DNA of 64,000 bases, taken from contig CAVSZB010000002.1 of NCBI GenBank assembly GCA_963732385.1, forward strand, positions 192,001-256,000, given 5' to 3'. This document shows positions 9,826 to 19,709 of the stretch, piece after piece. A program made the position numbers and the translations under genes. Each line of letters opens with the position of its first letter. The stretch's first letter is position 1. This DNA is from an uncultured bacterium. Lineage in GTDB: Bacteria > Krumholzibacteriota > Krumholzibacteriia > LZORAL124-64-63. The notes under the pieces were generated by a model. That model made no database searches, was not told where the DNA came from, and saw only the letters and a list, made by a program, of their open reading frames with translations.

Positions 9826-10862
9826 CGGACTTCGCCCCCGAGGTCCCCGCGATCCCGGGGCTCGTCGTGCGTCCCTGGCGGGACCCGACGGACTTCGGGC
9901 CGATGGCGGAGGCGCGGAACGCCGCCTTCCTCGCCGACCGACTCGACGAGACGACGACCGGCGAGGTCCTCGGCAACGAGATCCTCCACGACCCGCGGGT
10001 CGACCCGCCGCGCGACCTCTCGGTCGTCGAGCTCGACGGCCGGGTCGTCGGCTACGCGGTTCGCTGGCGGTGGATCGAGGAGGCGTCCGGCGACGCAATC
10101 CTCTCCCACCGCTGCTACCTCGCTCCGGTCATCCGACGGCAGGGCGTCGGGCGGGCGATCCTCCTCGCCAGCGAGCGGTCGCTCGCGGCCGAGGCACTCG
10201 TCCCCGTCGGCAGCGGGAGCCGGCGCTTCGAGACCTGGGCCGACGACGGGGCGACCGGCTCGCTTGCGCTGCTGACGATGGAGGGCTACGAGCCGTCGCG
10301 CTGGTTCTTCATGATGCTTCGGCGCGGCCTCGACGCGATCCCGGAGGTGCCGCTGCCCGAGGGCCTCGAGGTCCGGCCGGTCCTCGACCGGGGCGGGGCG
10401 ATGGCGGTCCTGTGGGCCGACGACGAGGCCTTCCGCGACCACTGGGGCTACACGCCCAGCCTCGTCGAGGAGCTCGAGGGATATCTCGACGACCCGCGCC
10501 AGGACATCGCGCTGTGGCAGGCGGCGTGGGACGGCGACGAGGTCGCCGGCTCCGTGCTGCCGCTGATCGACACGGCCGAGAACGAGCGGTTCGGGCGACG
10601 CCGCGGCTGGATCGACGCCGTGTCGGTGCGCCGACCCTGGCGCCGCCGCGGGCTGGCGCGGGCGCTCCTCGTCCGGGGCTTGACCGCGCTTCGCGAGCGG
10701 GGCCTCGACGAGGCGGTCCTCGGCGTCGACGCCGACAACCCGCAGGGCGCCCTCGGCCTGTACGAGTCGGTGGGCTTCCGCCTGCACCGGCGATCGGCGG
10801 TCTATCGGAAGCCGGCGCCGCCGGCGCCGCCGGTCGGGACGGAGGCCGTGGATCGAGGCTAG
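9822..10862 (+). CDS. Tandem-domain GNAT acetyltransferase, paralog of 7398-8465
   Basis: RRQGVGRAIL, AFRDHWG, WRRRGLARALL, LGVDADNPQGALGLYESVGF. Confidence 0.9.
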   Translation: MTDFAPEVPAIPGLVVRPWRDPTDFGPMAEARNAAFLADRLDETTTGEVLGNEILHDPRVDPPRDLSVVELDGRVVGYAVRWRWIEEASGDAILSHRCYLAPVIRRQGVGRAILLASERSLAAEALVPVGSGSRRFETWADDGATGSLALLTMEGYEPSRWFFMMLRRGLDAIPEVPLPEGLEVRPVLDRGGAMAVLWADDEAFRDHWGYTPSLVEELEGYLDDPRQDIALWQAAWDGDEVAGSVLPLIDTAENERFGRRRGWIDAVSVRRPWRRRGLARALLVRGLTALRERGLDEAVLGVDADNPQGALGLYESVGFRLHRRSAVYRKPAPPAPPVGTEAVDRG

Positions 10863-11635
10863 AGGGGCAGGCGCCCCTCGTGGGCAATCAGCTCGAGCCA
10901 GGGCCGCTCCGCGCCGATGGTCGTGGCGCGGCCGTGGCCGGGCTGGACGCGGAGGGCGTCTGGCAGCGTCGCCAGGCGGCGGAGCGAATCCGCCATCGCG
11001 GCGGGGTCTCCACCCGGGAGGTCCACGCGCCCCCAGCCAGCGGCGAACAGCGTGTCGCCGGTGAAGATGATGCCGGCTTCGTGGGAGACGAGGCAGACCG
11101 AGCCCTCGGTGTGGCCGGGGGTGTGGAGGACGTCGAGCCGGACGCCGCCGAACCGGATGACGCCGCCTTCGGCGAGCTCGGCGGCGGGGACGCAGGGCGG
11201 GATCGGGAACGGGGCGAAAAGCGGCTTCGGGTCGGTGAGGCGATGCCAGTCGGCCGGGTGGGCGGCGATCTCGGCGCCGCGGGCGGAGTCGTGGCGTCGC
11301 GCGCGCCCGTCGGGGGCGAGGACGACGACGCCGTGCTCCGCGGCGTGGGTGGCAAGCGGGTCGACCGCCGCGAGGGCGGCGCCGGTCTCGAGCGCGGGTT
11401 CCACCCCCGCGTCGTTCGACCACGCCTGGAGCGCCGCGTTCTCGCCCGTGTGGTCCCAGTGGCCGTGGGTCGAGACGATCAGGAGCAGGCGCCAGTCGCG
11501 TGCCGCGAGCTCGCCGGTGATCCAGGCGAGGCCCGGGATCGCCGTGTCGATGACGATCGCCTCGCGCGTCCGCGGGTCGGCGACGAGGTGGACGTTCGTC
11601 TGCAGCGGGCCGATGACCCCGGTCACGAGCTCCAT
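10859..11635 (-). CDS. MBL-fold metallo-hydrolase (glyoxalase II-like)
   Basis: THGHWDH, HTPGHTEGS, FTGDTLF, PGHG. Confidence 0.9.
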   Translation of the reverse strand: MELVTGVIGPLQTNVHLVADPRTREAIVIDTAIPGLAWITGELAARDWRLLLIVSTHGHWDHTGENAALQAWSNDAGVEPALETGAALAAVDPLATHAAEHGVVVLAPDGRARRHDSARGAEIAAHPADWHRLTDPKPLFAPFPIPPCVPAAELAEGGVIRFGGVRLDVLHTPGHTEGSVCLVSHEAGIIFTGDTLFAAGWGRVDLPGGDPAAMADSLRRLATLPDALRVQPGHGRATTIGAERPWLELIAHEGRLPL

Positions 11636-11641
11636 GGCAGC

Positions 11642-12499
11642 TCAGCGCGGCTCCCAGGTCACGATGCCGGTGGCCATGTCCACCTGCGTGGTGAGCCCCA
11701 CCGTGCCATCCGGCCGGTCCTCGAGCCGGGAGTCGAGCTCGCGCGCCAGGACGCCGTCCTTCGCGGACCCGGCCTCGACGAAGAGCTGGTTCCGCAGCCA
11801 GCGGACCATCTCGTCGCGCGACCCGAAGCCACGGGTCGGGCGGGGCAGGCGCCTATCCAGCGGGTGCCGGCCCCTGGCGCGCAGGAGGCCGACGAAGTCG
11901 TCGAGCGCCGGCAGCTCGATGCGCTCCTCGCCGTGGACCAGCGGCCAGAACGGGTGGGCCGCCGCGGCGGGCGGCCCGTCGGCGAGGATCGCGACGCACA
12001 GGCGGCCGGCGGCGGCCTCCAGCGCGTCGAGGAACGGGCCGATCGCCTCGACGTCGTAGCCGAGGTTGGCGATGAGGGCGGCGTCGCCGGTCGGCGGCGG
12101 CCCGACGGCAGCGTCGACCGGCCAGCGCGCCTCGACCGTCCGGACGTTGGCGATCCCGTGCTCGGCGGCCTGCTCCGTCAGCGCCGCCAGCATCCCCGGC
12201 GACGGGTCCAGTGCGACCACCTCGCGCACGCGCAGGGCCAGCGGGAGCGCGTACCGGCCCGCGCCCGCCCCAATGTCGAGCCAGGCGTCGTCCGGCTGCG
12301 CGAGCGGCAGGAGATGGTCGAGGACGTCGTCGTCGGTCCGGCGCGGGTCGGCGATGAACAACCGGCTCACGGGGGCGTAGAAGTCGCCGCCTTCCGGCGT
12401 CTCGCGGACGCGGGCGGTCTGCTCGTGGTGGGCCCGGACGCGGGCACCCCAGGCCGACTCGGCGGCGGCGCGGGCGATCGACGAACGGACGGTGGTCAC
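11642..12499 (-). CDS. Class I SAM-dependent methyltransferase
   Basis: WLDIGAGAGRY motif I; VVALDPSPGM. Confidence 0.85.
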   Translation of the reverse strand: MTTVRSSIARAAAESAWGARVRAHHEQTARVRETPEGGDFYAPVSRLFIADPRRTDDDVLDHLLPLAQPDDAWLDIGAGAGRYALPLALRVREVVALDPSPGMLAALTEQAAEHGIANVRTVEARWPVDAAVGPPPTGDAALIANLGYDVEAIGPFLDALEAAAGRLCVAILADGPPAAAAHPFWPLVHGEERIELPALDDFVGLLRARGRHPLDRRLPRPTRGFGSRDEMVRWLRNQLFVEAGSAKDGVLARELDSRLEDRPDGTVGLTTQVDMATGIVTWEPR

Positions 12500-13152
12500 G
12501 GACGGCTCCCTTCGGCGGACGCAAGGCGGGCGAGATCGACGGGCGTGTCCACGTCCGGATTGTCGCCCGCCACCCGCACTCGCACAACGCGGCCGGGATC
12601 GGCTGCCAGGAGCGGCCCGAGTCCGCGGTCGCCCTCGAGCGAGGCCGCTCGGGCCAGGCCGGCCGGGAGGACGAGGATCGGGTTCGGCGCGTCGTCGCCC
12701 GCATAGGCGGGGGCGACCGCGAGACTGCCCGCCGGTGCACGACCGGCGGCTCGGACGAGGGCCGCGATCACCCCGGGCCGCACCCGCGGCTGGTCGCCGA
12801 GCAGGACCAGCACGGCTGCCGGCGCGGGCGCGGCGGTCGCCGCCGCCAGGCCGAGCCGCAACGACGAGGCGAGGCCGCGCTCAGGCGCGGGGTTGACGGC
12901 GACGAGCACGCCGTCGAGCGCGCCCTTGTCGTCGGCGATCAGGGTCGCCCGAACGGCGGCCGCGTCACGCCCGAGGACGAGAACGATGCGCGCCACCCCC
13001 GCCGTCCGGGCTGCCGCGAGCACGTGGGCAGCGAGTGGCCGGCCCTCCAGCGGCGCGCGGACCTTGCCGCCGCCGAACCGGCTCCCGGCGCCGGCGGCGA
13101 GGACGATGCCCGCGACTGTCGACCGCGCGACCGCGGCATCGGGCTGGGTCAC
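12496..13152 (-). CDS. mocA: Molybdenum cofactor cytidylyltransferase-like nucleotidyltransferase
   Basis: IVLAAGAGSRFGGGK, GLASSL, LGDQP, GDRG, DVDTP; cox/xdh context. Confidence 0.75.
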   Translation of the reverse strand: MTQPDAAVARSTVAGIVLAAGAGSRFGGGKVRAPLEGRPLAAHVLAAARTAGVARIVLVLGRDAAAVRATLIADDKGALDGVLVAVNPAPERGLASSLRLGLAAATAAPAPAAVLVLLGDQPRVRPGVIAALVRAAGRAPAGSLAVAPAYAGDDAPNPILVLPAGLARAASLEGDRGLGPLLAADPGRVVRVRVAGDNPDVDTPVDLARLASAEGSRP

Positions 13153-14595
13153 GGGCGGCCAGCCTCCGTGGCCGCCAGCGCCGCGAGGATCGCCTCCACC
13201 GAGCGATCGCCGTCGTCGGGCGTCGTCGCCCAGTTGGAGACGGAGATGCGCATCGCCAGCCGGCCCTGCCCAGGTCGTGCCGCCGGCCCACGTCGTCCCT
13301 CCCTCCTGGACCCGGCGGATCACCTCGGCCGTGACGTCGTCCGAGCCGGCGAACCGTACCAGCACCTGGTTGAGGACGACCTCGTTCAGGAGCTCGACGC
13401 GGGCGTCCCGAGCCAGCGCATCCGCCATCCGGCGGGCGACGGCGCAGTCCGCGTCCACCATCCGGCGGACGCCATCGCGCCCGAGCGCCCGGAGCGCAGC
13501 GTAGATCACGAAGCCTCGGGCGCGGCGACTCATCTCCGGGACGTACTCGAACGGGTCGCGCTCCGCGCCCGGGGCCGGCGGAAGGTAGGCGGCGGCCACG
13601 CTCATGGCAGCCCGGTGGGCGGCCGCGTCCCGGACGAAGACGATGCCGGAGTCGTACGGGACGTTGAGCCACTTGTGGGCATCCGTTCCCCACGAATCGG
13701 CCAGCTCGTGGCCGCGCACGAGGTGGCGCAGCGCTGGCGACGCCGCGGCCCAGAGCCCGAACGCCCCGTCGACGTGGAGCCACGCCGCCGGCCGCTCCCG
13801 GACGATCCTCCCGATCTCCGCGAGAGGGTCGAAGGCGCCCGTGTTCACCTCGCCGGCCTGCGCTGCCACGAGGACCGGACCGGGCGGGAGCGCCGCAAGC
13901 ACGCGTTCCAGGTCGCCCGGCCGCATGGCCCCCTCGTCGTCGACGGCGACGCGGATGGCGATCCGGCGGCCGAGGCCAGCCAGGCGAAGCGCCATGATCA
14001 TCGACGCGTGGACCCGCTCGCCCACAACGACGTGGATCCGCGGCGCGCCCGTGAGGCCGTCCTCCTCCACGTCCCAGCCGACGCTCCGCAGCAGGGCGTG
14101 ACGTGCGGCCGCGACCGCCGTGAAGTTCGCAACTGTCGCGCCGGTCGTGAAGCCGACCGAGGTTCCTGCGGGCAGCCCCAGGAGCTCGACGAGCCAACCG
14201 GCGGCGACCTCCTCGACGACCGATGCTGCGGGCGTTCCCAGGAACAGCCCGACGTTCTGGTCCCAGGTCGAGACGAGCCAGTCGACGGCGTGCGCAGCTG
14301 GCAGCGAGCCGCCGATGACGAAGCCGAAGTACCGCGGCGACGTCATCGCTACGAGGCCGTCGTCGATGTCGCGAACCAGCGCCCGAACGACCTGGCCGGG
14401 ATCCTCCCCGACCGCGGGCAGGGGCCCGCCAAGCCGGGCCCGCAGCTCGTCGGCAGTCAGCCCCGGCCGCGCGCCGACCCGCCGCGTCGGGACGCCCGTC
14501 CGGTACGCGATGGCGAGCTCGGCCGTCTCCCGGAGCAGGTCGGCGGCCGCGGCCTCCATGGCCCGCGGCTGCCAGCCCGCGTCCTGTCCGTCCAT
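13149..14595 (-). CDS. Group II PLP-dependent amino-acid decarboxylase (frameshift near 13262)
   Basis: PRYFGFVIGG, WLHVDGAFG, TDAHKWLNVPYDSG (PLP lysine), SRRARG; the true C-terminus RISVSNWAT is in an alternate frame. Confidence 0.9.
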
Positions 14596-14626
14596 GACAT
14601 CCCCCTTCCGCCGGTGCGACCGGCAC

Positions 14627-15715
14627 TCACCCCTTCCCCAGCGCCCGCATCGGGACGCCCGTGCCACCGTATCGGTCGGCCACGATCTCGGCCATGATCG
14701 CCAGGGCCGTCTCCGCCGGGTCGCGCCCGCCCAGGTCGAGCCCGATCGGACCCCGCAGCCGGGCGAGGTCCCCCTCCCCCACCCCTGCCTCGCGCAGGCG
14801 CTCGCGGCGCCAGGCCTGGGTCTTCCGCGATCCGATCGCCCCGACGTACCGACAGCCGCGTCGCAGCGCCTCGACGATCGCCGGCTCGTCGAACTTCGGG
14901 TCGTGCGTCAGCACCGCGACCGCATCGGCCGGGCCGAGGCCGATCTCGTCGGCGACCTCGTCGGGCCAACCGACGACGAGCGCGTCGACGTCCGGGAAGC
15001 GCTCCTGCGTCGCGAACGCAGCCCGCCCGTCCACGACGGCCGTTGCATAGCCGACCTCGCGGGCGATCCGGGCCAGCGGGATGGCCACCTGCACAGCTCC
15101 GACGATGACCAGCCGCGGGGGCGGTGCGAAGCCCTCGACGAACCACTGGCGGCCCTCCGCCTCCACGACGACCGAGCGGCCCTGCGCGAGCGCCTCGCCG
15201 GCCGCCCGGACGACCGCCGCATCGACCTCCGGGGAGCCGGTCGAGCCGGTCGCCGATCCGTCCGGGGCGACCGTGATGGCCGGCGACGGTGCTTCGCCCG
15301 CAGCGCGGGGAGCTGGTCCGAGTACCGGGCCGGGCGCGTCGCCGGGGAGCGGCGTGACGACCGCCACACCGCCGCGCCCCGATGCCGCGTCGAGCACCTC
15401 CGGCCGCAGCGCCGGCTCGACGAGGACGTCGATCGTCCCGCCGCAGGCAAGGCCGACGTCCCAGGCCTGCTCGTCGCTGATGCCGAAGCGGATGACCCGG
15501 GCGACGCCGTCGGCGCGGGCGCGGAGGACCTCCTCGGCCGCCGCTCCCTCCACGCAGCCGCCCGAGACGGACCCGGCCAGGCGCCCGTCCGCGGTGACGA
15601 CGAGGCTCGCCCCTTCGGGCCGCGGCGTGGACCGGAACGTCCGCACCACGACGGCCCGACCCATCTCGACACCCTCGGCCTGCCATGCGCGCACCTGCAC
15701 GAGCAGCTCCTTCAT
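14627..15715 (-). CDS. xdhC: XdhC/CoxI/CoxF family molybdoenzyme maturation factor
   Basis: GSVSGGCVE, GLACGGTI, LTHDPKFD, YVGAIGSR, GPIGLDLG. Confidence 0.9.
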   Translation of the reverse strand: MKELLVQVRAWQAEGVEMGRAVVVRTFRSTPRPEGASLVVTADGRLAGSVSGGCVEGAAAEEVLRARADGVARVIRFGISDEQAWDVGLACGGTIDVLVEPALRPEVLDAASGRGGVAVVTPLPGDAPGPVLGPAPRAAGEAPSPAITVAPDGSATGSTGSPEVDAAVVRAAGEALAQGRSVVVEAEGRQWFVEGFAPPPRLVIVGAVQVAIPLARIAREVGYATAVVDGRAAFATQERFPDVDALVVGWPDEVADEIGLGPADAVAVLTHDPKFDEPAIVEALRRGCRYVGAIGSRKTQAWRRERLREAGVGEGDLARLRGPIGLDLGGRDPAETALAIMAEIVADRYGGTGVPMRALGKG

Positions 15716-15731
15716 GGTCGATCCCCTCTCT

Positions 15732-17147
15732 TCAGCGGCCGAGCAGCGGCCGGGCCGCCGCCGGATCTGCTGCCGGCCCGGTTCGTGCCCGCGACGGCAG
15801 GCCGAAGACGTGCGGCGCGACGGCCGTGATCGACCGCCGACCGGAGCCGCTCGCCTCCACCCGGTACACGTTCGGCACTCCCGTCCGCGACGGTCGCCCG
15901 GTGGCTCCGAGCCCCAGCCCGCCGAGCACCTCGCCCAGGCGCTCGAGCGAGGCCAGGTTGTGGATCGGCAGGAAGTCGTCGATCGACGGGTAGGCCGCTG
16001 CCATCCCGGCCGCCAGCGGCTCGTAGCCGTCGGCGCCGGCCAGCGGGTTGAGCCAGATGAGGCGATGGCAGTTGCGCTGCAGCCGGGCGGTCTCCTGGCC
16101 GACGAGCGCCGGGTCGCCGCGATCCCAGCCGTCCGACACGACGATCACGACGCCCGACGTCCGCAGCACCCGCCGGGCCCAGCGCAGGTTGAAGGTGCGC
16201 AGCGACTCGCCGATCCTCGTGCCGCCCGACCAATCGGTGACGGTCTCGCTCACGCGGTGGATCGCGACGTCCGGGTCCCGGCCCCGCAGCTCGTGGGTGA
16301 TCCGGGTCAGGCGTGTCCCGAAGACGAACGACTCCGTGCGGACGCCCGACGCCCGGGTGAGTGCTTGCACGAAGCGCAGGAGGAGCCGGGCGTGGCGTTC
16401 CATCGAGCCCGAGACGTCGCACAGGATGACGATCGTCCGCGGCCGCCGGACGCGGCGCCGCCAGACCCAGTCGACGGGATCGCCGCCGGTCGCGAGGTTG
16501 CGCCGGAACATCGCCCGGGGGGCGAGACGGCGGCCGTGGTGATGGTGCTCGTAGCGCCGCGTGAGACGCGTCTCGAGGCGCGGCCGGAGGAGGTCGATGA
16601 GCCGCTCGGCGTCGCGCAGCTCGGCGGTCGTCATCCGGTCGAACTCGTGGTGGGAGAACGCCTCGGCGGTCGAGAACGCCCGCGGCGACACGACCCTCCC
16701 CTCCCCGATCTCCTGCTCGCCCTCGTCGCCCTCCGAGGCCTCGGCCTGCTCCGGCCGACCCGCGCGGCGACCCTGCCGCTCGGCGGAGGAGTCCGGGGCG
16801 ACGGCCGCCTGGTCGCGGTCCTTCTTCTGCTCCGGGGGTGACTCGAGGCGGCGTGCGGTCGGGCCGATCCGGGCAACGTGACGGCGCCAGAACTGGTCGA
16901 AGACCGCGTCGTAGACGGCCAGGTCGGCACGGCGCCGACAGAAGATGGCCTGGCCGGCCGCGTGCACCTGGGTCCGGTCGCCGACGTCGACGAGCGTGAG
17001 CGCCCGGGCGAAGTCGAGGGCCCCGCGAAGGTCAGTCCTGACGCCGGCGCTGCGCAGGGCGCGGGTGAACAGGACGGCGTTCTTCAGGAAGATCGTGCCG
17101 TCGAACGCGGCGAGCGGGTCGGGCGCGGGCATGCGCGTGCCGGTCAT
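15732..17147 (-). CDS. coxE: CoxE-like VWA-domain protein
   Basis: CDVSGSM (MIDAS), FGTRLTRIT, WSGGTRIG, SDGWDRG, IWLNPL. Confidence 0.9.
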   Translation of the reverse strand: MTGTRMPAPDPLAAFDGTIFLKNAVLFTRALRSAGVRTDLRGALDFARALTLVDVGDRTQVHAAGQAIFCRRRADLAVYDAVFDQFWRRHVARIGPTARRLESPPEQKKDRDQAAVAPDSSAERQGRRAGRPEQAEASEGDEGEQEIGEGRVVSPRAFSTAEAFSHHEFDRMTTAELRDAERLIDLLRPRLETRLTRRYEHHHHGRRLAPRAMFRRNLATGGDPVDWVWRRRVRRPRTIVILCDVSGSMERHARLLLRFVQALTRASGVRTESFVFGTRLTRITHELRGRDPDVAIHRVSETVTDWSGGTRIGESLRTFNLRWARRVLRTSGVVIVVSDGWDRGDPALVGQETARLQRNCHRLIWLNPLAGADGYEPLAAGMAAAYPSIDDFLPIHNLASLERLGEVLGGLGLGATGRPSRTGVPNVYRVEASGSGRRSITAVAPHVFGLPSRARTGPAADPAAARPLLGR

Positions 17148-17274
17148 GGTCCCTCGGGTGCCGGGGATGTCGCGGTGATCGTACCCCGGTGCGCGGCCGT
17201 GCCCCGGCAGATGGACCTTGACCCGGGCGCCGGTCGGCCGGACGATCACGCCATGCTGGGCATTCGCATCGGCC

Positions 17275-18195
17275 TCAGACCCCGGCCGTGGCAAGCTCGT
17301 CGACATACGTCGCGGCGGTGACCCCACGCACCCGGCGGACGTCCTCCTCGTACTTGAGCAGCACGCCAAGTGTCTCGTCGACGAGGTCGGGCGCCAGCTC
17401 GCGGGCACCGAGGGCGAGGAGCGCGGCCGCCCAGTCGAGGGTCTCGGCCACGCCGGGAACCTTCGTCAGGTCGGCCGTCCGCAGGCGCCCGACGAAGGCG
17501 ACGACCTGGCGGGCCAGCCGCTCGGGAGTCGCGGGCACGCGGGCGAGGACGATCTCGATCTCCTTGGCGGCGCTCGGATAGTCGATCCAGTGGTAGAGAC
17601 AGCGCCGCTTGAGCGCGTCGTGGACCTCGCGCGTCCGATTCGAGGTCAGGATCACGCGCGGCGGGATCTCGGCCCGGACGGTCCCGATCTCGGGGATCGT
17701 CACCTGGAAGTCGGACAGGATCTCGAGGAGGTAGGCCTCGAACTCCTCGTCGGCGCGGTCGATCTCGTCGATGAGGAGGACCGGCGCCCGGCCGTCGGCC
17801 GAGGCCTCGAGGGCCTGCAGCAGCGGGCGCTTCAGGAGGAACTCGGGGCCGAAGATGTCGCGGGCGGTCGCCCGCTCGATCTCACCGCGCGCCTCCAGGA
17901 GCCGGATCTCCAGCATCTGGCGGGCGTAGTTCCACTCGTAGACGGCCGTCGTGACGTCCAGGCCCTCGTAGCACTGGAGGCGGATGAGGCGCGTGTCGAG
18001 GGTGTCGGCGAGCGTCTTCGCCAGCTGCGTCTTGCCGACGCCGGCCTCGCCCTCGACGAGGAGGGGCCGCTCGAGGGCGAGGGAGAGGAAGACCGAGGTC
18101 GCCAGGCTCCGGTCGGCGATGTAGTCGCGGTCGCGGAAGGCGGCCTGGAGGCCCTCGATCGTGCCAAGCTGGGCGGGAAGTGCGCGCTCGTTCAT
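17275..18195 (-). CDS. coxD: CoxD-like MoxR AAA+ ATPase
   Basis: EGEAGVGKT, RLQCYEGLD, LLIDEIDRADEEFEA, HDALKRRC, PGVAETLDW. Confidence 0.92.
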   Translation of the reverse strand: MNERALPAQLGTIEGLQAAFRDRDYIADRSLATSVFLSLALERPLLVEGEAGVGKTQLAKTLADTLDTRLIRLQCYEGLDVTTAVYEWNYARQMLEIRLLEARGEIERATARDIFGPEFLLKRPLLQALEASADGRAPVLLIDEIDRADEEFEAYLLEILSDFQVTIPEIGTVRAEIPPRVILTSNRTREVHDALKRRCLYHWIDYPSAAKEIEIVLARVPATPERLARQVVAFVGRLRTADLTKVPGVAETLDWAAALLALGARELAPDLVDETLGVLLKYEEDVRRVRGVTAATYVDELATAGV

Positions 18196-18307
18196 CGTCC
18201 CTCGGGTGCGTCCCTGCGGCGGCGCCGACCGCGCTGCGGGTCGCCGGGATCGTACACCGTGGAGCGAGCCCCGCCGACCGCATACGCTCACGCACTTCCG
18301 TGTGCAG

Positions 18308-18397
18308 GTCTGCGGCGCGGGTTGCGTGCGCGCCGCGGGTTGCGTGCGCGCCTGCGGCGCGGGTCTGCGTGCGCGCCTGCGGCGCGGGTCTGCGCGC
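18308..18397. repeat. Degenerate tandem repeat, about 25-bp unit CCTGCGGCGCGGGTCTGCGTGCGCG
   Basis: About 4 imperfect copies in the intergenic region. Confidence 0.75.
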
Positions 18398-18430
18398 GAC
18401 GAGCCGGCACGTGCAGCACCGCGCCAGCGC

Positions 18431-18553
18431 GATCCCGGGGAGGATCACCGGGCCACACCCCGGGCACCGAACAACCCCAGACCACAGCGGCAATCGGGCA
18501 GCTCGTCGAGGGTTCTCAGCGCGCAACCCGCGGGCGTGATCCCCCGAGGGATC
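18431..18553. repeat. Inverted pair of an 18-bp motif GATC-N6-RGGATCAC (left flank)
   Basis: GATCCCGGGGAGGATCAC at 18431-18448 and GTGATCCCCCGAGGGATC at 18536-18553. Confidence 0.7.
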
Positions 18554-18608
18554 CCGCTGCCGACCGGCGGCCGCACGTAAGCGCCGGTGAAGCGCCGCAG
18601 GCGACGAT

Positions 18609-19490
18609 GTGCGTATGGAACGATCACCGGCGAACGGCGGACCGGCCGAGCGCGGCCTCGCCTCGCTTGTCGGTCAGCCGCTCCGGGACGGGCGTCGCCG
18701 GCTGGCGATGTCACAGCGTGCACTCGCCGCGGTGGCGCACGTGCCGCAGTCGACCATCTGTCGGCTCGAGCGCGGCCAGCCGGTGTCGATCACGCTCAAG
18801 GAGATCGGCCGCCTGTTCGACGAACTGGCGATCCGGCTCGACCTCAACGCTCGGCCGCCACTGGTCACCGGCGGACCTCCCGTGCGCGATGCGGTTCATG
18901 CCCGCATCCTCGGGTATGCCGAGCGCCGCCTCCGACGGGCAAACATGCAGACGGCCCGCGAGGTGCCGATCGGTGGCGGTCGCGTCCGGGGCTGGATCGA
19001 TCTGCTCGCCTGGCGCCCGGCGGACGGCTTCGTCGTGGTTGCCGAGATCAAGGGCGATGTCGTCGACGTCGGGGCGCTCGAGCGCCAGGTCTCGTGGTAC
19101 GAGCGCGAGGCGTGGGGCGCCGCACGGTCCCTGGGCTGGCGGCCGGATCGCCTCATCATCGCGGCACTCCTCCTCTCGACCCGCCGCAATGCCGAGATCG
19201 TGCGGATGGAGGCCGATGCCCTCCGCCGTCGCTTCCCGACGCCGCCGACGGACCTCCGATCCGAGCTCGTGGCCTCTCGACGGCCGGTCCGGCCCGCGGC
19301 CCGACCGGGCGCGACGAGGCGTGTTGCGACCCTCGCCTTCGTGGATCCTCTGCGTCGCGGATCCTCGTGGCTCCTGCCGACTCCCCTGTTCGGCGGTCGG
19401 CCCGTCCTCCCATATGGGGACGCCGGGGACCTCCGGACTCGGCTCGGCTTCGAGCGTCCCTCTCGCGGCGCACCCCGAGGATCCGCCTGA
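18609..19490 (+). CDS. XRE-family HTH domain fused to a PD-(D/E)xK (restriction-endonuclease-like) domain
   Basis: LRDGRRRLAMSQRALAAVAHVPQSTICRLERG (HTH); AREVPI..GWIDLLAW..VVAEIK (E..D..ExK). Confidence 0.75.
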   Translation: MRMERSPANGGPAERGLASLVGQPLRDGRRRLAMSQRALAAVAHVPQSTICRLERGQPVSITLKEIGRLFDELAIRLDLNARPPLVTGGPPVRDAVHARILGYAERRLRRANMQTAREVPIGGGRVRGWIDLLAWRPADGFVVVAEIKGDVVDVGALERQVSWYEREAWGAARSLGWRPDRLIIAALLLSTRRNAEIVRMEADALRRRFPTPPTDLRSELVASRRPVRPAARPGATRRVATLAFVDPLRRGSSWLLPTPLFGGRPVLPYGDAGDLRTRLGFERPSRGAPRGSA

Positions 19491-19548
19491 CGCGAACCAA
19501 GGTGTCGCCCGCGGCGCGGTGTCGGCCGCGGTGTCCCGTCTCCCGCGG

Positions 19549-19709
19549 CGCGGTGTGGTGTGGCGTCGCCCGCGGTGTGGTGTGGCGTCGCCCGCGGTGT
19601 GGTGTGGCGTCGCCCGCGGTGTGGTGTGGCGTCGCCCGCGGTGTGGTGTGGCGTCGCCCGCGGTGTGGTGTGGCGTCGCCCGCGGTGTGGTGTGGCGTCG
19701 CCCGCGGTG
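19549..19709. repeat. Perfect tandem array: 7 copies plus a partial copy of CGCGGTGTGGTGTGGCGTCGCC (22 bp)
   Basis: Units start at 19549, 19571, 19593, 19615, 19637, 19659 and 19681; no spacers. Confidence 0.95.

Noticed and set aside
12496..14667. Decarboxylase-MocA fusion shown in the ORF track (723 aa)
   Set aside because: A single indel near 13262 explains it. The decarboxylase's own C-terminus and stop (13149) are in another frame, overlapping the MocA GTG.
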